Source: an uncultured Fidelibacterota bacterium
GTDB taxonomy: Bacteria; Fidelibacterota; Marinisomatia; Marinisomatales; UBA8229
NCBI GenBank assembly: GCA_913054425.1
Contig: CAJXJG010000001.1
Coordinates: 9,339-73,338 of the forward strand
Direction of reading: 5' to 3'
Length of the DNA: 64,000 nt
Below the pieces are notes generated by a model. It was not told where the DNA came from and searched no databases. It was given only the letters and a program-made list of their open reading frames with translations. Position 1 is the first letter of the stretch. Each line of letters opens with the position of its first letter. Made by a program: the position numbers and the translations under genes. Positions 1 to 11,862 of the stretch are shown piece after piece.

Positions 1-1077
1 GTACAGAAAATAATAGACCGGTGCTGTGAAGAGGGCGCCCGTATGGCCGAACCCGGTGAGTTTACCCGTAGATCCTTTATTAATGGGAAGATTGATCTTC
101 TTCAGGCCGAGTCTGTCTCTTCCCTTATTTATTCGAAATCATGTGAGGGCGCATCTCTAAACCATAAAATATTACAGGGCAAGCTTTCAAAAAAAATAAT
201 CGAGATTAAAGAAAAAATTATTACTCTATTAATAATGGTTGAGTTCGAGCTTGATTTTTCAGAAGAAGATCTTCAGCCAGACCTAAGAAAAAATCTTCTT
301 TCCAAAATAAAACCAATCCTAAGTGAAATAGAAAAACTTCTAAGCACCCGCAAAGAGGGCCGCCTATTAACAGAGGGGGCGCTGGTTGTCATAACCGGAA
401 AACCAAACGTTGGAAAATCAACCCTGTTAAACTCATTAACAGAAACAGATCGCGCAATTACAAGCCCTATCCCCGGAACAACAAGAGACAGCATTGAGGT
501 TTCTCTTTTGTTGTTTGGTGTTCCTGTTCGCTTTTGTGACACTGCCGGCATTCGCAAGGGGGCTGTAGACGTTGAGCAGGAAGGAATTCGACGAACAAAA
601 ATCCTTACACAAAAGGCCGACCTTGTTCTTTGTCTCTATGAATATAAAAAAAACCACACAAACAAACAAAAACCAGTAGACCTGCGCCAGGAAATACATA
701 TCATTAATAAAACGGATTTAATAATGCCTGGTGAATTAAAAAACCTTAAAAAACTTCTTCCTAACTACGTTTTTATATCTGCCAAAAAGAAAGACGGGCT
801 TAATATACTAAAAAGAAAAATAAAGGATTTGCTCGGCATTTCATCGTCTCTTTCAAACACTTTCTCTCTCACTACAGCAAGGCAGCGAATTGCCCTTGAG
901 GACACCTGCAATTGTTTAGCAGCCGGAATTAAACTTCTTCAAGACAACAACTTTTCCTGTGAGCTCCTCTCTTTTGAGCTTTGTTCTGCTTTAGACAGCA
1001 TTGATTCTCTTCTTGGAACAACAGCCCCAAATGAAATTATCAACCGCGTTTTTAGTTCGTTTTGTGTTGGGAAATAG
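1..1077 (+). CDS. mnmE: tRNA modification GTPase MnmE (TrmE), 5'-truncated by window edge
   Basis: Frame 1 is open from base 1, with no stop before the ATG at 43, so the gene continues upstream. G-domain motifs GKPNVGKST, DTAGIR and NKTD are present, with the family-typical C-terminal FCVGK tail. Confidence 0.9.
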   Translation, partial: VQKIIDRCCEEGARMAEPGEFTRRSFINGKIDLLQAESVSSLIYSKSCEGASLNHKILQGKLSKKIIEIKEKIITLLIMVEFELDFSEEDLQPDLRKNLLSKIKPILSEIEKLLSTRKEGRLLTEGALVVITGKPNVGKSTLLNSLTETDRAITSPIPGTTRDSIEVSLLLFGVPVRFCDTAGIRKGAVDVEQEGIRRTKILTQKADLVLCLYEYKKNHTNKQKPVDLRQEIHIINKTDLIMPGELKNLKKLLPNYVFISAKKKDGLNILKRKIKDLLGISSSLSNTFSLTTARQRIALEDTCNCLAAGIKLLQDNNFSCELLSFELCSALDSIDSLLGTTAPNEIINRVFSSFCVGK

Positions 1078-1083
1078 TTTCAC

Positions 1084-2961
1084 GTGAAACATAAGTCAAA
1101 ACATTTTGACGTTATCGTTGTTGGTGCCGGGCACGCTGGGGTTGAGTCGGTACACGCCGCAGTCAAATTAAAGCAGCGAGTAGCCCTTGTAACGCTAGAC
1201 CCCGCGTCGCTTGGTCGAATGTCCTGTAATCCGGCTATTGGTGGCATTGCAAAAGGACAGCTTGTGCGGGAGCTGGACGTTTTTGGGGGCCTTATGCCCC
1301 TCATTTCTGATGTTTCCGGTGTTCAGTTTAAACTGTTAAACCTTTCAAAGGGTCGCGCCGTGTGGTCTCCGCGCGCACAAATTGATAAACGAGTATATGA
1401 GCGCTCCGCCCAAAAAGCCTTGTTATTTCATTCTCGTCTAAAAATATTCCGCGATGAGGTAATTAATGTGCTACTTATTAAAAATAAAATTTCTGGCGTT
1501 TTACTGCGTACGGGACAAGCCATACATGCGCCCACCGTTGTATTAACCTGTGGCACCTTTTTAGGCGGGCTTGTGCATATAGGGGAACAAAAAATTCAGG
1601 CAGGAAGAATGGGCGAACACCGCGCAGAGGGGATTACTGAGGCTTTGGAGTCTCTTGGAATACGGTCAGGGAGGCTAAAAACGGGAACACCCCCCCGCCT
1701 GCTTCGCGCCTCGATAAACTGGGACAAAACAAATGCTGTTTTCGGAGACACAAACCCGATTCCCTTTTCCTACTCAACAATCAACTTTTCCCCTCCAAAC
1801 CTTCCCTGTTATCACATAAAAACCAACCCAGAGTGTCACGGTGTTATACAAAAAAATCTTTTTAAATCGCCCATGTATTCCGGAGACATCACCGGCGTTG
1901 GTCCACGATATTGTCCATCGATTGAAGATAAAATACATCGTTTTGTAGACAAAGAGTCTCATCTCCTCTACCTTGAGCCCGAATGGACAGGTTCTGATCA
2001 AATCTATGTCAACGGTTTTTCCACAAGCCTTCCAGAAAAAATTCAACTCATTGCATTAAGAGAAATTCCGGCTCTTAAAAATGTTGAGTTTCTCCGCCCA
2101 GGCTATGCTATTGAATATAGCTTTTTTCCTCCAGCCCAACTTAAGTCTTCTTTGGAGTCAAAACATATACAAGGCCTCTTTTTTGCCGGCCAAATTAACG
2201 GAACCTCGGGCTATGAGGAGGCTGCGGCGCAAGGCCTTATTGCTGGTGTAAACGCTTCTATGTATAATAAAAACCAAGAGCCCCTTGTCCTTGGAAGAGA
2301 CGAGGCATATATTGGTGTCTTAATTGACGACCTTATAACAAAAGACACCTCGGAGCCCTATCGAATGTTTACATCTCGTGCTGAATTTAGGCTTTTACTT
2401 CGTTATTCTAATGCTGATATGCGCTTATTAGAAAAAGCAAACCGCTTTAATCTTATTACAAACAGGCTGTATGATACCTTACATAAGAAACTAAAATTAA
2501 CAAACCATACCATCGGCGGCTTAAACGGCTCTCTTTCACAAGAAGAGATTTTTAACATTCTTCCTCAATTAAAAACAAAAAAACCTCCCCACCCCGCTCC
2601 TGCAAAAAGGTTTCTTAAAAGACCTGAGGTTTCAATAAGCTCTATACCAAAAAGGTTTTTTACTGAATTAAACAATAAAGACATAAATCCATTGTGGGTA
2701 CGCGAAATTTTCCTTGAAGTAGAAACACAAATAAAATATGAAGGTTATATCTTACGCCAGCTAAAGCAGGTAGAACGAATGGCGAAGCAAGAACACGTTT
2801 CCATTCCTCATGATATAGAGTATTCGAAAATAAACACCCTTTCCAAAGAAGCTCGTGAAAAGCTACAATTTGTCAGACCAGAAACTCTTGGTCAGGCTTT
2901 TCGTGTTTCTGGTGTAACGCCCGCCGACATTTCCGTTCTTTCTGTACTTATTTATAAATAA
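1084..2961 (+). CDS. mnmG: tRNA uridine 5-carboxymethylaminomethyl modification enzyme MnmG (GidA)
   Basis: GTG start. N-terminal FAD fold FDVIVVGAGHAGVE. GidA blocks GPRYCPSIEDK and FFAGQINGTSGYEEAAAQG. 625 aa, directly downstream of mnmE. Confidence 0.95.
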   Translation: MKHKSKHFDVIVVGAGHAGVESVHAAVKLKQRVALVTLDPASLGRMSCNPAIGGIAKGQLVRELDVFGGLMPLISDVSGVQFKLLNLSKGRAVWSPRAQIDKRVYERSAQKALLFHSRLKIFRDEVINVLLIKNKISGVLLRTGQAIHAPTVVLTCGTFLGGLVHIGEQKIQAGRMGEHRAEGITEALESLGIRSGRLKTGTPPRLLRASINWDKTNAVFGDTNPIPFSYSTINFSPPNLPCYHIKTNPECHGVIQKNLFKSPMYSGDITGVGPRYCPSIEDKIHRFVDKESHLLYLEPEWTGSDQIYVNGFSTSLPEKIQLIALREIPALKNVEFLRPGYAIEYSFFPPAQLKSSLESKHIQGLFFAGQINGTSGYEEAAAQGLIAGVNASMYNKNQEPLVLGRDEAYIGVLIDDLITKDTSEPYRMFTSRAEFRLLLRYSNADMRLLEKANRFNLITNRLYDTLHKKLKLTNHTIGGLNGSLSQEEIFNILPQLKTKKPPHPAPAKRFLKRPEVSISSIPKRFFTELNNKDINPLWVREIFLEVETQIKYEGYILRQLKQVERMAKQEHVSIPHDIEYSKINTLSKEAREKLQFVRPETLGQAFRVSGVTPADISVLSVLIYK

Positions 2962-2971
2962 TTTTTTTTTA

Positions 2972-5900
2972 GTGAATAAACAAAAACTAATAACTTTTGA
3001 TTTTTTCCTTAGTTGGTTTTCTAAAGCGCTTAACCTAAATGGCCTTAATTACCACGGGTTGCAAATTCCCGCTCTTGGGTTTTTCCTGTTATCACACTTT
3101 AAAAAAACCGGAAAAAACCATCTTGTTCTTTGTGATAAGGAAGTTTTAGCAAAAATTCTATACGAATTTTGTTACTGTTTTTTCCCTAAAGTTGTTTACT
3201 ATTTCCCAGAAACGGATAAATCCAATTCACATTTACACGGCTTTATTCCTGAATATGAACGATATCAAACAGAGTCTTATTGTGCCCTTTCTTTAAAAAA
3301 GCCTTTTCTTTTAATTTGTACTGTTTCTAGCGTACACGAAAGGTTGTTTTCAGCCAATTCCCGTGGTTTTAAAGAACTATTATTAAAAGAAAACAAAGAA
3401 ATGGATCGTGATTTTTTAATCCACACTCTGGGGGATTGGGGTTATAACAAAAGTGAAAAAACAACACTCCCAAAAACATATTCAGCAAGGGGCGGTATTG
3501 TTGATATTTACCCGGTTACATCAAGGTATCCGCTAAGGATAGAGTTTTTTGGAAACAAAATTGAATCTATTCGGTTTTTTAATCCGGCCTCACAGAGAAC
3601 AATAAGAAAAACTGAAGAAACAATCCTTTTTTCCCCCCTAAAAACAAATAAAAAAATGTTATCTATTTTCAATGTGTCCGATAAAAACACAAAGAAGCTC
3701 TTTGTAAACACTAAAAACAACTCCTATACGGTAACAGAACATGGCTCTGTTTTAAACACTAAAAAGATTCAGTGCTCTCTAGTTGAAAAAAAGGAAGTCA
3801 ATACAATTATAAAATCAAGGCCCACACTCATAAAAACATTTATTTTCTGTAATAACACAAAACATATAAAAAAAATTACAAATCTTATTTCTCAAAAAAC
3901 CATTATTGTTTCTGGCATCCTACCAAAGAGCATAATTTTTAACAAACACCAGCTTTGTTTTCTTTCTTCTTCAGATCTTCCCGGCATCACCCACGAACAC
4001 AATTCACGATGGGGGATTGATTATAGCCCGGGCAGCTCCGGGCAGCTAAGAATAACCAGGCTAAAAGATTTAATGCTTGGCGAATTTTTGGTTCATAAAA
4101 ATTTTGGGATAGGACAATACCAGGGATTGAAAATTATTACAGCAGGAGAGAAAAAATATGAGTGCATAAAACTAATTTATTCAAACAACAGTGTTCTTTA
4201 TTTGCCGGTCGAAGACCTAACGATGATTTACAAATATCATCAACAACGAAAAAACACTATCCATCTCTCTACCCTGGGCACATCTAAATGGTTACAGGAA
4301 AAACACCGTGCTAATCAGTCTGCAAAAGAAATAATAAAAGATATTATCAATACCCAAGCTTTACGCTCCAAGCCTCGCGGGTTTATTTATGATTATAACG
4401 ATGACCTGTATGACAGCCTTGCGCGTTCATTTCCCTATAAAGAGACGCCCGATCAAAAAAAAGCAATCTTATGTGTAATTCAAGATATGGAGAAAAAAAT
4501 ACCGATGGACCGGCTTATCTGTGGCGACGTTGGGTTTGGAAAAACTGAGATAGCTCTCCGGGCGATAATAAAAGCAGTCTCAAGCAACAAAAAAGTGTTC
4601 TTTCTTGCTCCCACAACACTCTTGGCTGATCAACACTATATTTTATCAAAGGAAAGGCTTGGTCCTCTTGGAGTAGAGATTGAGCTTTTTTCTAGATTTA
4701 AAACAAAAGCAGAGCAAAAAATAATTCTTGAAAAAATCGCAAATGGGTTTGTTGATCTAGTTGTGGGCACACACCGTCTTTTATCGCCGGATATTCATGC
4801 TCCAGGGCTTAGTCTATTGATTGTTGATGAAGAGCAGCGCTTTGGTGTACAACATAAAGAAAAAATTAAAAAAATGCGTACAAACATTGATATATTAACC
4901 CTGTCTGCGACCCCCATTCCAAGAACACTACATCAAGCTCTTGTTGGTATCAAAAATATCAGCAAAATAGACACACCCCCAAAACTAAGAAAACCAATAC
5001 AAACCGTTATTTCTTATTTTAATTGGGAAGCAATCCTGTTCAGCATTAAAAGAGAAACTACCCGAAATGGACAGGTTTATTTTTTACATAATGATATAAA
5101 CACTTTGCCTTTTTATCATGAAAAGCTTTCTAATTTCTTCCCTTTGTTGTCAATTGCCATTGCACATGGAAAAATGAAAAGCAAAAACCTTGAGTCTGTT
5201 ATTTTATCCTTTTTCGCTGGCAATATTGACATCCTTCTTTGTACAACAATTGTTGAGTCTGGCTTAGACGTTGCAAACGCAAACACTATTATTATAAATA
5301 ACGCACAAAATTTTGGATTGTCACAGCTCTATCAAATTCGCGGCAGGGTTGGACGTAGCCCGAGACAGGCCTTTTGCCGTCTTTTTGTCCCCCGTGGAAT
5401 TTCTATTAACATAGCTGCCATTAGCCGGCTAAAAGCAATGGAAATATATACCACGCTTGGCTCTGGCTATGAAATTGCACTTAAAGATCTTGAGCTTCGG
5501 GGTGCGGGAAATATGTTTGGCCATGAACAAAGTGGCCACATCGCCCCGGTGGGATACGAAATGTATTGCGATCTGTTAAAAGAAGCCTCTGACAAAGCCC
5601 TCGGTAAACACCCAAAAAAAAGAAGACGCCCCACGATACAGTTCGATGGACATGCCTTGATTTCCCCCGAACATGTCCCCCATGAAGACGACCGGCTTTA
5701 TTTCTACCAACGCATATCAGAGGCCGACAGTCTTGCCCAAATTAAAGACATTGCCGCAGAGCTCAAAGATCGCTTTGGGCGTCTGCCCGGGCCGACATCA
5801 ACGCTGTTCAGGCTTAATCAAATGCGCGTTTCTTTGCTTGGCTCTGCTGTTCAAAAACTAAAAATAACGAAATCCTCTTTTTCAATTACACTGGGCTCCG

Positions 5901-6067
5901 CGCTTCCTTTTCCAATGTTGAAATCAATGAAAGACAGCAGACACAACAAACAATATAATTTTAAAATAAAACAGAAAAACGGAGACACAATCGTCACCAC
6001 CCCAGCTTCCAGCATTTCTGACTCCTTGAAAACAGCAAAAAATTTTATTAATTTACTCAGCATATGA
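2972..6067 (+). CDS. mfd: transcription-repair coupling factor Mfd
   Basis: GTG start, 1031 aa. CarD/TRCF-like segment (GEFLVHKNFGIGQYQGL). SF2 helicase motifs GDVGFGKTE and VDEEQRFGV. C-terminal translocase region. Confidence 0.9.
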   Translation: MNKQKLITFDFFLSWFSKALNLNGLNYHGLQIPALGFFLLSHFKKTGKNHLVLCDKEVLAKILYEFCYCFFPKVVYYFPETDKSNSHLHGFIPEYERYQTESYCALSLKKPFLLICTVSSVHERLFSANSRGFKELLLKENKEMDRDFLIHTLGDWGYNKSEKTTLPKTYSARGGIVDIYPVTSRYPLRIEFFGNKIESIRFFNPASQRTIRKTEETILFSPLKTNKKMLSIFNVSDKNTKKLFVNTKNNSYTVTEHGSVLNTKKIQCSLVEKKEVNTIIKSRPTLIKTFIFCNNTKHIKKITNLISQKTIIVSGILPKSIIFNKHQLCFLSSSDLPGITHEHNSRWGIDYSPGSSGQLRITRLKDLMLGEFLVHKNFGIGQYQGLKIITAGEKKYECIKLIYSNNSVLYLPVEDLTMIYKYHQQRKNTIHLSTLGTSKWLQEKHRANQSAKEIIKDIINTQALRSKPRGFIYDYNDDLYDSLARSFPYKETPDQKKAILCVIQDMEKKIPMDRLICGDVGFGKTEIALRAIIKAVSSNKKVFFLAPTTLLADQHYILSKERLGPLGVEIELFSRFKTKAEQKIILEKIANGFVDLVVGTHRLLSPDIHAPGLSLLIVDEEQRFGVQHKEKIKKMRTNIDILTLSATPIPRTLHQALVGIKNISKIDTPPKLRKPIQTVISYFNWEAILFSIKRETTRNGQVYFLHNDINTLPFYHEKLSNFFPLLSIAIAHGKMKSKNLESVILSFFAGNIDILLCTTIVESGLDVANANTIIINNAQNFGLSQLYQIRGRVGRSPRQAFCRLFVPRGISINIAAISRLKAMEIYTTLGSGYEIALKDLELRGAGNMFGHEQSGHIAPVGYEMYCDLLKEASDKALGKHPKKRRRPTIQFDGHALISPEHVPHEDDRLYFYQRISEADSLAQIKDIAAELKDRFGRLPGPTSTLFRLNQMRVSLLGSAVQKLKITKSSFSITLGSALPFPMLKSMKDSRHNKQYNFKIKQKNGDTIVTTPASSISDSLKTAKNFINLLSI

Positions 6068-6097
6068 TTTCTCATTTTGGTACATTTTACAGGTAAG

Positions 6098-6892
6098 ATG
6101 AATAATAAAATAACCTTTTTGTTTATTGTCACTTTTCTTTTGGGCTGTTTGCAGAACAAAAACAATACGCCTAATATTGTTGCTATTGTAAACAAGGTTT
6201 CTTTTACTGAAACTATGTTAAAAAACAGGGCTTCTGAAAACCCACACATCCCAAAAAAGGAACAAATTGACGCTTGGATTAATGATGAGTTGCTCTATCA
6301 GGCCGCCCTAAACCTAAATATTCATACCGGTTTTAAACTAAAGGCAACTATAGATCAAATTTCAAGAGCCCTTACAATTAAAACCTACCTTGATCTTTTG
6401 TATCAATTCTCTATAAAAATTACACACAATGAAATAAAAGAATTTTACACAAAGAACAAAAGAGAGTTTTACCGAAAGACATCGGCCGCAAGAATAAATC
6501 ATTTTATTATAAAAAACAAAAAGGAAGCCCTTAAAATAAAAGCCTTCTTATTAAAACAAAAATCCGCACGGGAAAAAGAGATACCTTATATGAACTTCCG
6601 CGTTTTCTCCGGTATAGTAGAAATGGGTACACTAAACAATATTATCAACACCTCTCTTTTTAAAAAGAATAAAAAAACTAATGTCATTGGACCTTTAAAT
6701 ATTGAAAACAATTTTCACCTTGTTGAGGTCCTTGAAACATTTCCAAAGGGGACAGCTGTGGGGCTCGACCTTGTCTATGACGAAATATACCAGCGGTTGA
6801 TAAACAGAAAACAGGCCGTTAAAAAAACTGAGGTTCTCGATAGCCTTAAAAACAAAGCAGAAATTGCAATTAATTACAAAATAAAAAAATGA
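6098..6892 (+). CDS. putative lipoprotein, SurA-N/parvulin-like peptidyl-prolyl isomerase family (degenerate)
   Basis: The ORF opens at 6077, but the internal Met at 6098 gives a signal peptide with lipobox FLLGC. The layout resembles a SurA-N chaperone region plus a weak parvulin-like segment (INHFIIKNKKEALKIK ... NFHLVEVLE). It is followed by surA with a 4-nt overlap. Confidence 0.5.
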   Translation: MNNKITFLFIVTFLLGCLQNKNNTPNIVAIVNKVSFTETMLKNRASENPHIPKKEQIDAWINDELLYQAALNLNIHTGFKLKATIDQISRALTIKTYLDLLYQFSIKITHNEIKEFYTKNKREFYRKTSAARINHFIIKNKKEALKIKAFLLKQKSAREKEIPYMNFRVFSGIVEMGTLNNIINTSLFKKNKKTNVIGPLNIENNFHLVEVLETFPKGTAVGLDLVYDEIYQRLINRKQAVKKTEVLDSLKNKAEIAINYKIKK

Positions 6893-8184
6893 TGTCTTTT
6901 TTATTACTGTTTTTATTCTTTTTAACCAATCTCTTTACAGCAACAGCATATTCACAAAACCAGGATAAACACCTGGACGGTCTTGCTGCCATTGTTGGTG
7001 ATAACATTATACTTAAAAGCGATCTTTCACAACTCGTTTCCATGGCTGCTTTACAACAACAGATTAATCCTGCCAATGACTACAAACGATTTCAAAAACT
7101 CCAATTAGAAATCCTTCAATCTCTGGTTGATCAGAAAATTATCCTTGAAATGGCCGAGCTGGATTCAATCGAAGTAAAAGAAAAAGATGTGGACAATGCT
7201 TTAAATAAACAGATAGAAAACTTTATTACTCAGGCAGGAAGTAAAGAAAGCGCTGAAACATCGATTGGACAATCATTAAAATCATTTAGGCGTGAGTTTT
7301 GGCCTGAAATGCGCGATAGATTAATTTCGGAACAATATCAATATTCATTACTCTCAAACATAAAGACAAGCAAGGAAGATGTCTTCTCTTTTTTCAACAC
7401 TTATAAAGACAGCCTGCCAATGTTACCCGCCCTGATTAACCTCTACCATCTTTTAATTGTTGTTAAGCCTGGCAAAGAAAGTAAAAACATTGCTTTTGAG
7501 ACGATTAAAAACCTGCGAACACAGATTCTTAATGGAGAATCATTCGAAAAACTTGCACAAAGTTTTTCACAAGACCCGGGAAGCAAATCAAAAGGAGGAA
7601 GCCTTGGACTCGTTAAGCGGGGTTCTCTTGTTAAAGAATTTGAAACAGTAGCCTTTACTTTAGAGCCTGGTACCATAAGTAACCCGGTGGAAACTGTTTT
7701 TGGATATCATCTTATTAATGTACAAGAAAAACAAGGAGACAAAGCTCAGGTTAGCCACATTCTTATTTCCCCAACAATAACAGAAAAGGATGAACAAAGA
7801 GCTTATCATTTATCGTTAGAATTAAGCGATTCTATTGTCTCTTTAGACCTGTTTAAAAAGTATGCTGCTAAATACTCAGACGATGAAAAGACAAAACAGG
7901 TTGGTGGAAATATTGGGTGGATAGATCCGTTGGTTTATTCAGTATCAGGCATTTCCTCTTTTATACGAAAAAACAATCTAAACTTAAACGAATGTAGTCG
8001 GCCTGTCAAAACAGATTTTGGATATCATCTTCTTTGGATATCGGCAATTAAACCCGGCGGTAAGCCTAACCTATCTGATCATTGGATTGATATTGAATTA
8101 ATGGCGTTAAATCAAAAGAAAATGCTTTGGTATCGTAATTGGATGAAAGAAGCAAGAAAACAAGTTTATATTGAAATGTATTAA
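6889..8184 (+). CDS. surA: periplasmic chaperone / peptidyl-prolyl isomerase, SurA-like with two parvulin domains
   Basis: N-terminal signal peptide and SurA-N-like region (LDGLAAIVGDNIILKSDL). Two parvulin signatures (GGSLGLV...FGYHLINV and GGNIGWI...FGYHLLWI). Confidence 0.65.
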   Translation: MMSFLLLFLFFLTNLFTATAYSQNQDKHLDGLAAIVGDNIILKSDLSQLVSMAALQQQINPANDYKRFQKLQLEILQSLVDQKIILEMAELDSIEVKEKDVDNALNKQIENFITQAGSKESAETSIGQSLKSFRREFWPEMRDRLISEQYQYSLLSNIKTSKEDVFSFFNTYKDSLPMLPALINLYHLLIVVKPGKESKNIAFETIKNLRTQILNGESFEKLAQSFSQDPGSKSKGGSLGLVKRGSLVKEFETVAFTLEPGTISNPVETVFGYHLINVQEKQGDKAQVSHILISPTITEKDEQRAYHLSLELSDSIVSLDLFKKYAAKYSDDEKTKQVGGNIGWIDPLVYSVSGISSFIRKNNLNLNECSRPVKTDFGYHLLWISAIKPGGKPNLSDHWIDIELMALNQKKMLWYRNWMKEARKQVYIEMY

Positions 8185-8461
8185 TTAGTTTATTCATATA
8201 ATTAATGTCTTTTTTCATTGAAATTAGTTTGTTTTTAACATAATGTGTTACATTAGAAAATCAAGATTATATCTTGATTTTACTGGGAAATTTATGGTGT
8301 GAATTAATTTTTTTTACACAATTACACTTATATAATAATATTATATCTATAATAAAAGATTTACTTATTATTTTTAAAGTTTATTGTGAATAATAAAGAA
8401 CTTAGTTTAAATCCGTTATTCTTTTATATTAAGTTCAAATCAAGTATTCAGAGGTGTTTAC
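8185..8461. other. AT-rich non-coding spacer with DnaA-box-like motifs; candidate oriC or DnaA-regulated dnaN promoter region
   Basis: 277 bp without an ORF. One perfect TTATNCACA box (TGTGAATAA on + at 8385-8393). One-mismatch boxes at 8190-8198, 8298-8306 and 8312-8320. Lies between the mnmE/mnmG side and dnaN-gyrBA. Confidence 0.35.
8257..8281. repeat. perfect palindrome, 11-bp arms (AAAATCAAGAT tat ATCTTGATTTT)
   Basis: Read directly from the sequence. It lies inside the dnaN upstream spacer. Function unknown; it could be an operator, a surA 3' hairpin or an origin element. Confidence 0.6.
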
Positions 8462-9577
8462 ATGAAGATATCTATAAATAAAAACGAACTTCAATCTGCT
8501 TTACAAAAATTATTCAAGGCAATACCAAACAGGTCGACGCTTCCTATTTTAAGTTGTGTTTTATTTCAATCAAGAAAGAATGAAATAGTTTTAAGAAGCA
8601 CAGATCTTGAAATAACAATTATAATAAACGTACCAGCAAGCATAGAAAGAGAGGGCTCTTCTGCAATACCAATTCAAAAATTGATTGATATCACTAGTGA
8701 ACTTCCAGAAGGCAGAATTACAATTGAAGTTAATGATCAATATAAAGTTAAGTTAATTACGGAATTGGGCGTTTATAATCTTATGGGAAAATCTGTGGAA
8801 GAGTTCCCCGCAGTACCTGAAACTGATGAAAAAAAACCCCTTGCAATTAAAGCGGAGATATTAAATGAAATTATAAAATCTACCAGCTTTGTTATTAGCC
8901 AGGACGATCTAAAACCAGCACTTACAGGCCTCTACCTAAAAATAGAAAAGAAGAAGCTAACAACTGTTGCGACAGATGGACATCGTCTTGTAAGATATGT
9001 TGTTAGTGACTATGTAACAAAGGAGTTTACGGGTGAAGTAATTATCCCAAGAAAATTTTTGAATTTATTAAGTGCATTATTAGTTGATAATGATAAAACT
9101 CAATTATGGGTGAGTGCAAATCATGCAACAGCAACAAGCAACGGGGTAAAGATTTTAACCAGAATTATTGATGAAAGGTATCCAGACTATGAAAGTGTTA
9201 TTCCAAAAGACAACGAAAAGATATTGGTTGTTAATAAAGAAAGGTTTTTGGGAGCAGTAAGGAGGACGTCGATTTTTTCAAACAAAATGACTCACCAAAT
9301 TTCAATTACCCTAGACAAAGATAAGATTTTAATAAAAACAGAGGACCCAGAAACGGCCTCAATGGGCCAAGAAGAAATGAGTGGTGAGTTTTCGGGTGAA
9401 CCACTCACAATTGGATACAATGCAAACTATCTTAAAGATATTCTTTCTCATATAAACGACGAAAACATAGTAATAAAACTGAACACACCAATCAGCTCAA
9501 CCCTCTTTAATGGTGAAACAACGGAAAAAAACCGTGAAATTACAATGTTGTTAATGCCCATCCGTCTAAACGATTAA
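8462..9577 (+). CDS. dnaN: DNA polymerase III beta sliding clamp
   Basis: 371 aa with the typical N-terminus (MKISINKNELQSAL...STLPILSCVLF), internal GHRL and a C-terminal MPIRL tail. GAGGTG lies 8-13 nt upstream of the ATG. Confidence 0.95.
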   Translation: MKISINKNELQSALQKLFKAIPNRSTLPILSCVLFQSRKNEIVLRSTDLEITIIINVPASIEREGSSAIPIQKLIDITSELPEGRITIEVNDQYKVKLITELGVYNLMGKSVEEFPAVPETDEKKPLAIKAEILNEIIKSTSFVISQDDLKPALTGLYLKIEKKKLTTVATDGHRLVRYVVSDYVTKEFTGEVIIPRKFLNLLSALLVDNDKTQLWVSANHATATSNGVKILTRIIDERYPDYESVIPKDNEKILVVNKERFLGAVRRTSIFSNKMTHQISITLDKDKILIKTEDPETASMGQEEMSGEFSGEPLTIGYNANYLKDILSHINDENIVIKLNTPISSTLFNGETTEKNREITMLLMPIRLND

Positions 9578-9607
9578 AAAAAACACAAATTATTAAACAA
9601 TTATAAA

Positions 9608-11856
<2,249 letters not shown>

Positions 11857-11862
11857 TAAATA

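Noticed and set aside
5851-6249. 132-aa minus-strand ORF spanning the mfd end and the next gene start
   Set aside because: It overlaps two co-directional plus-strand genes that have clear family features, and it has no motif of its own.
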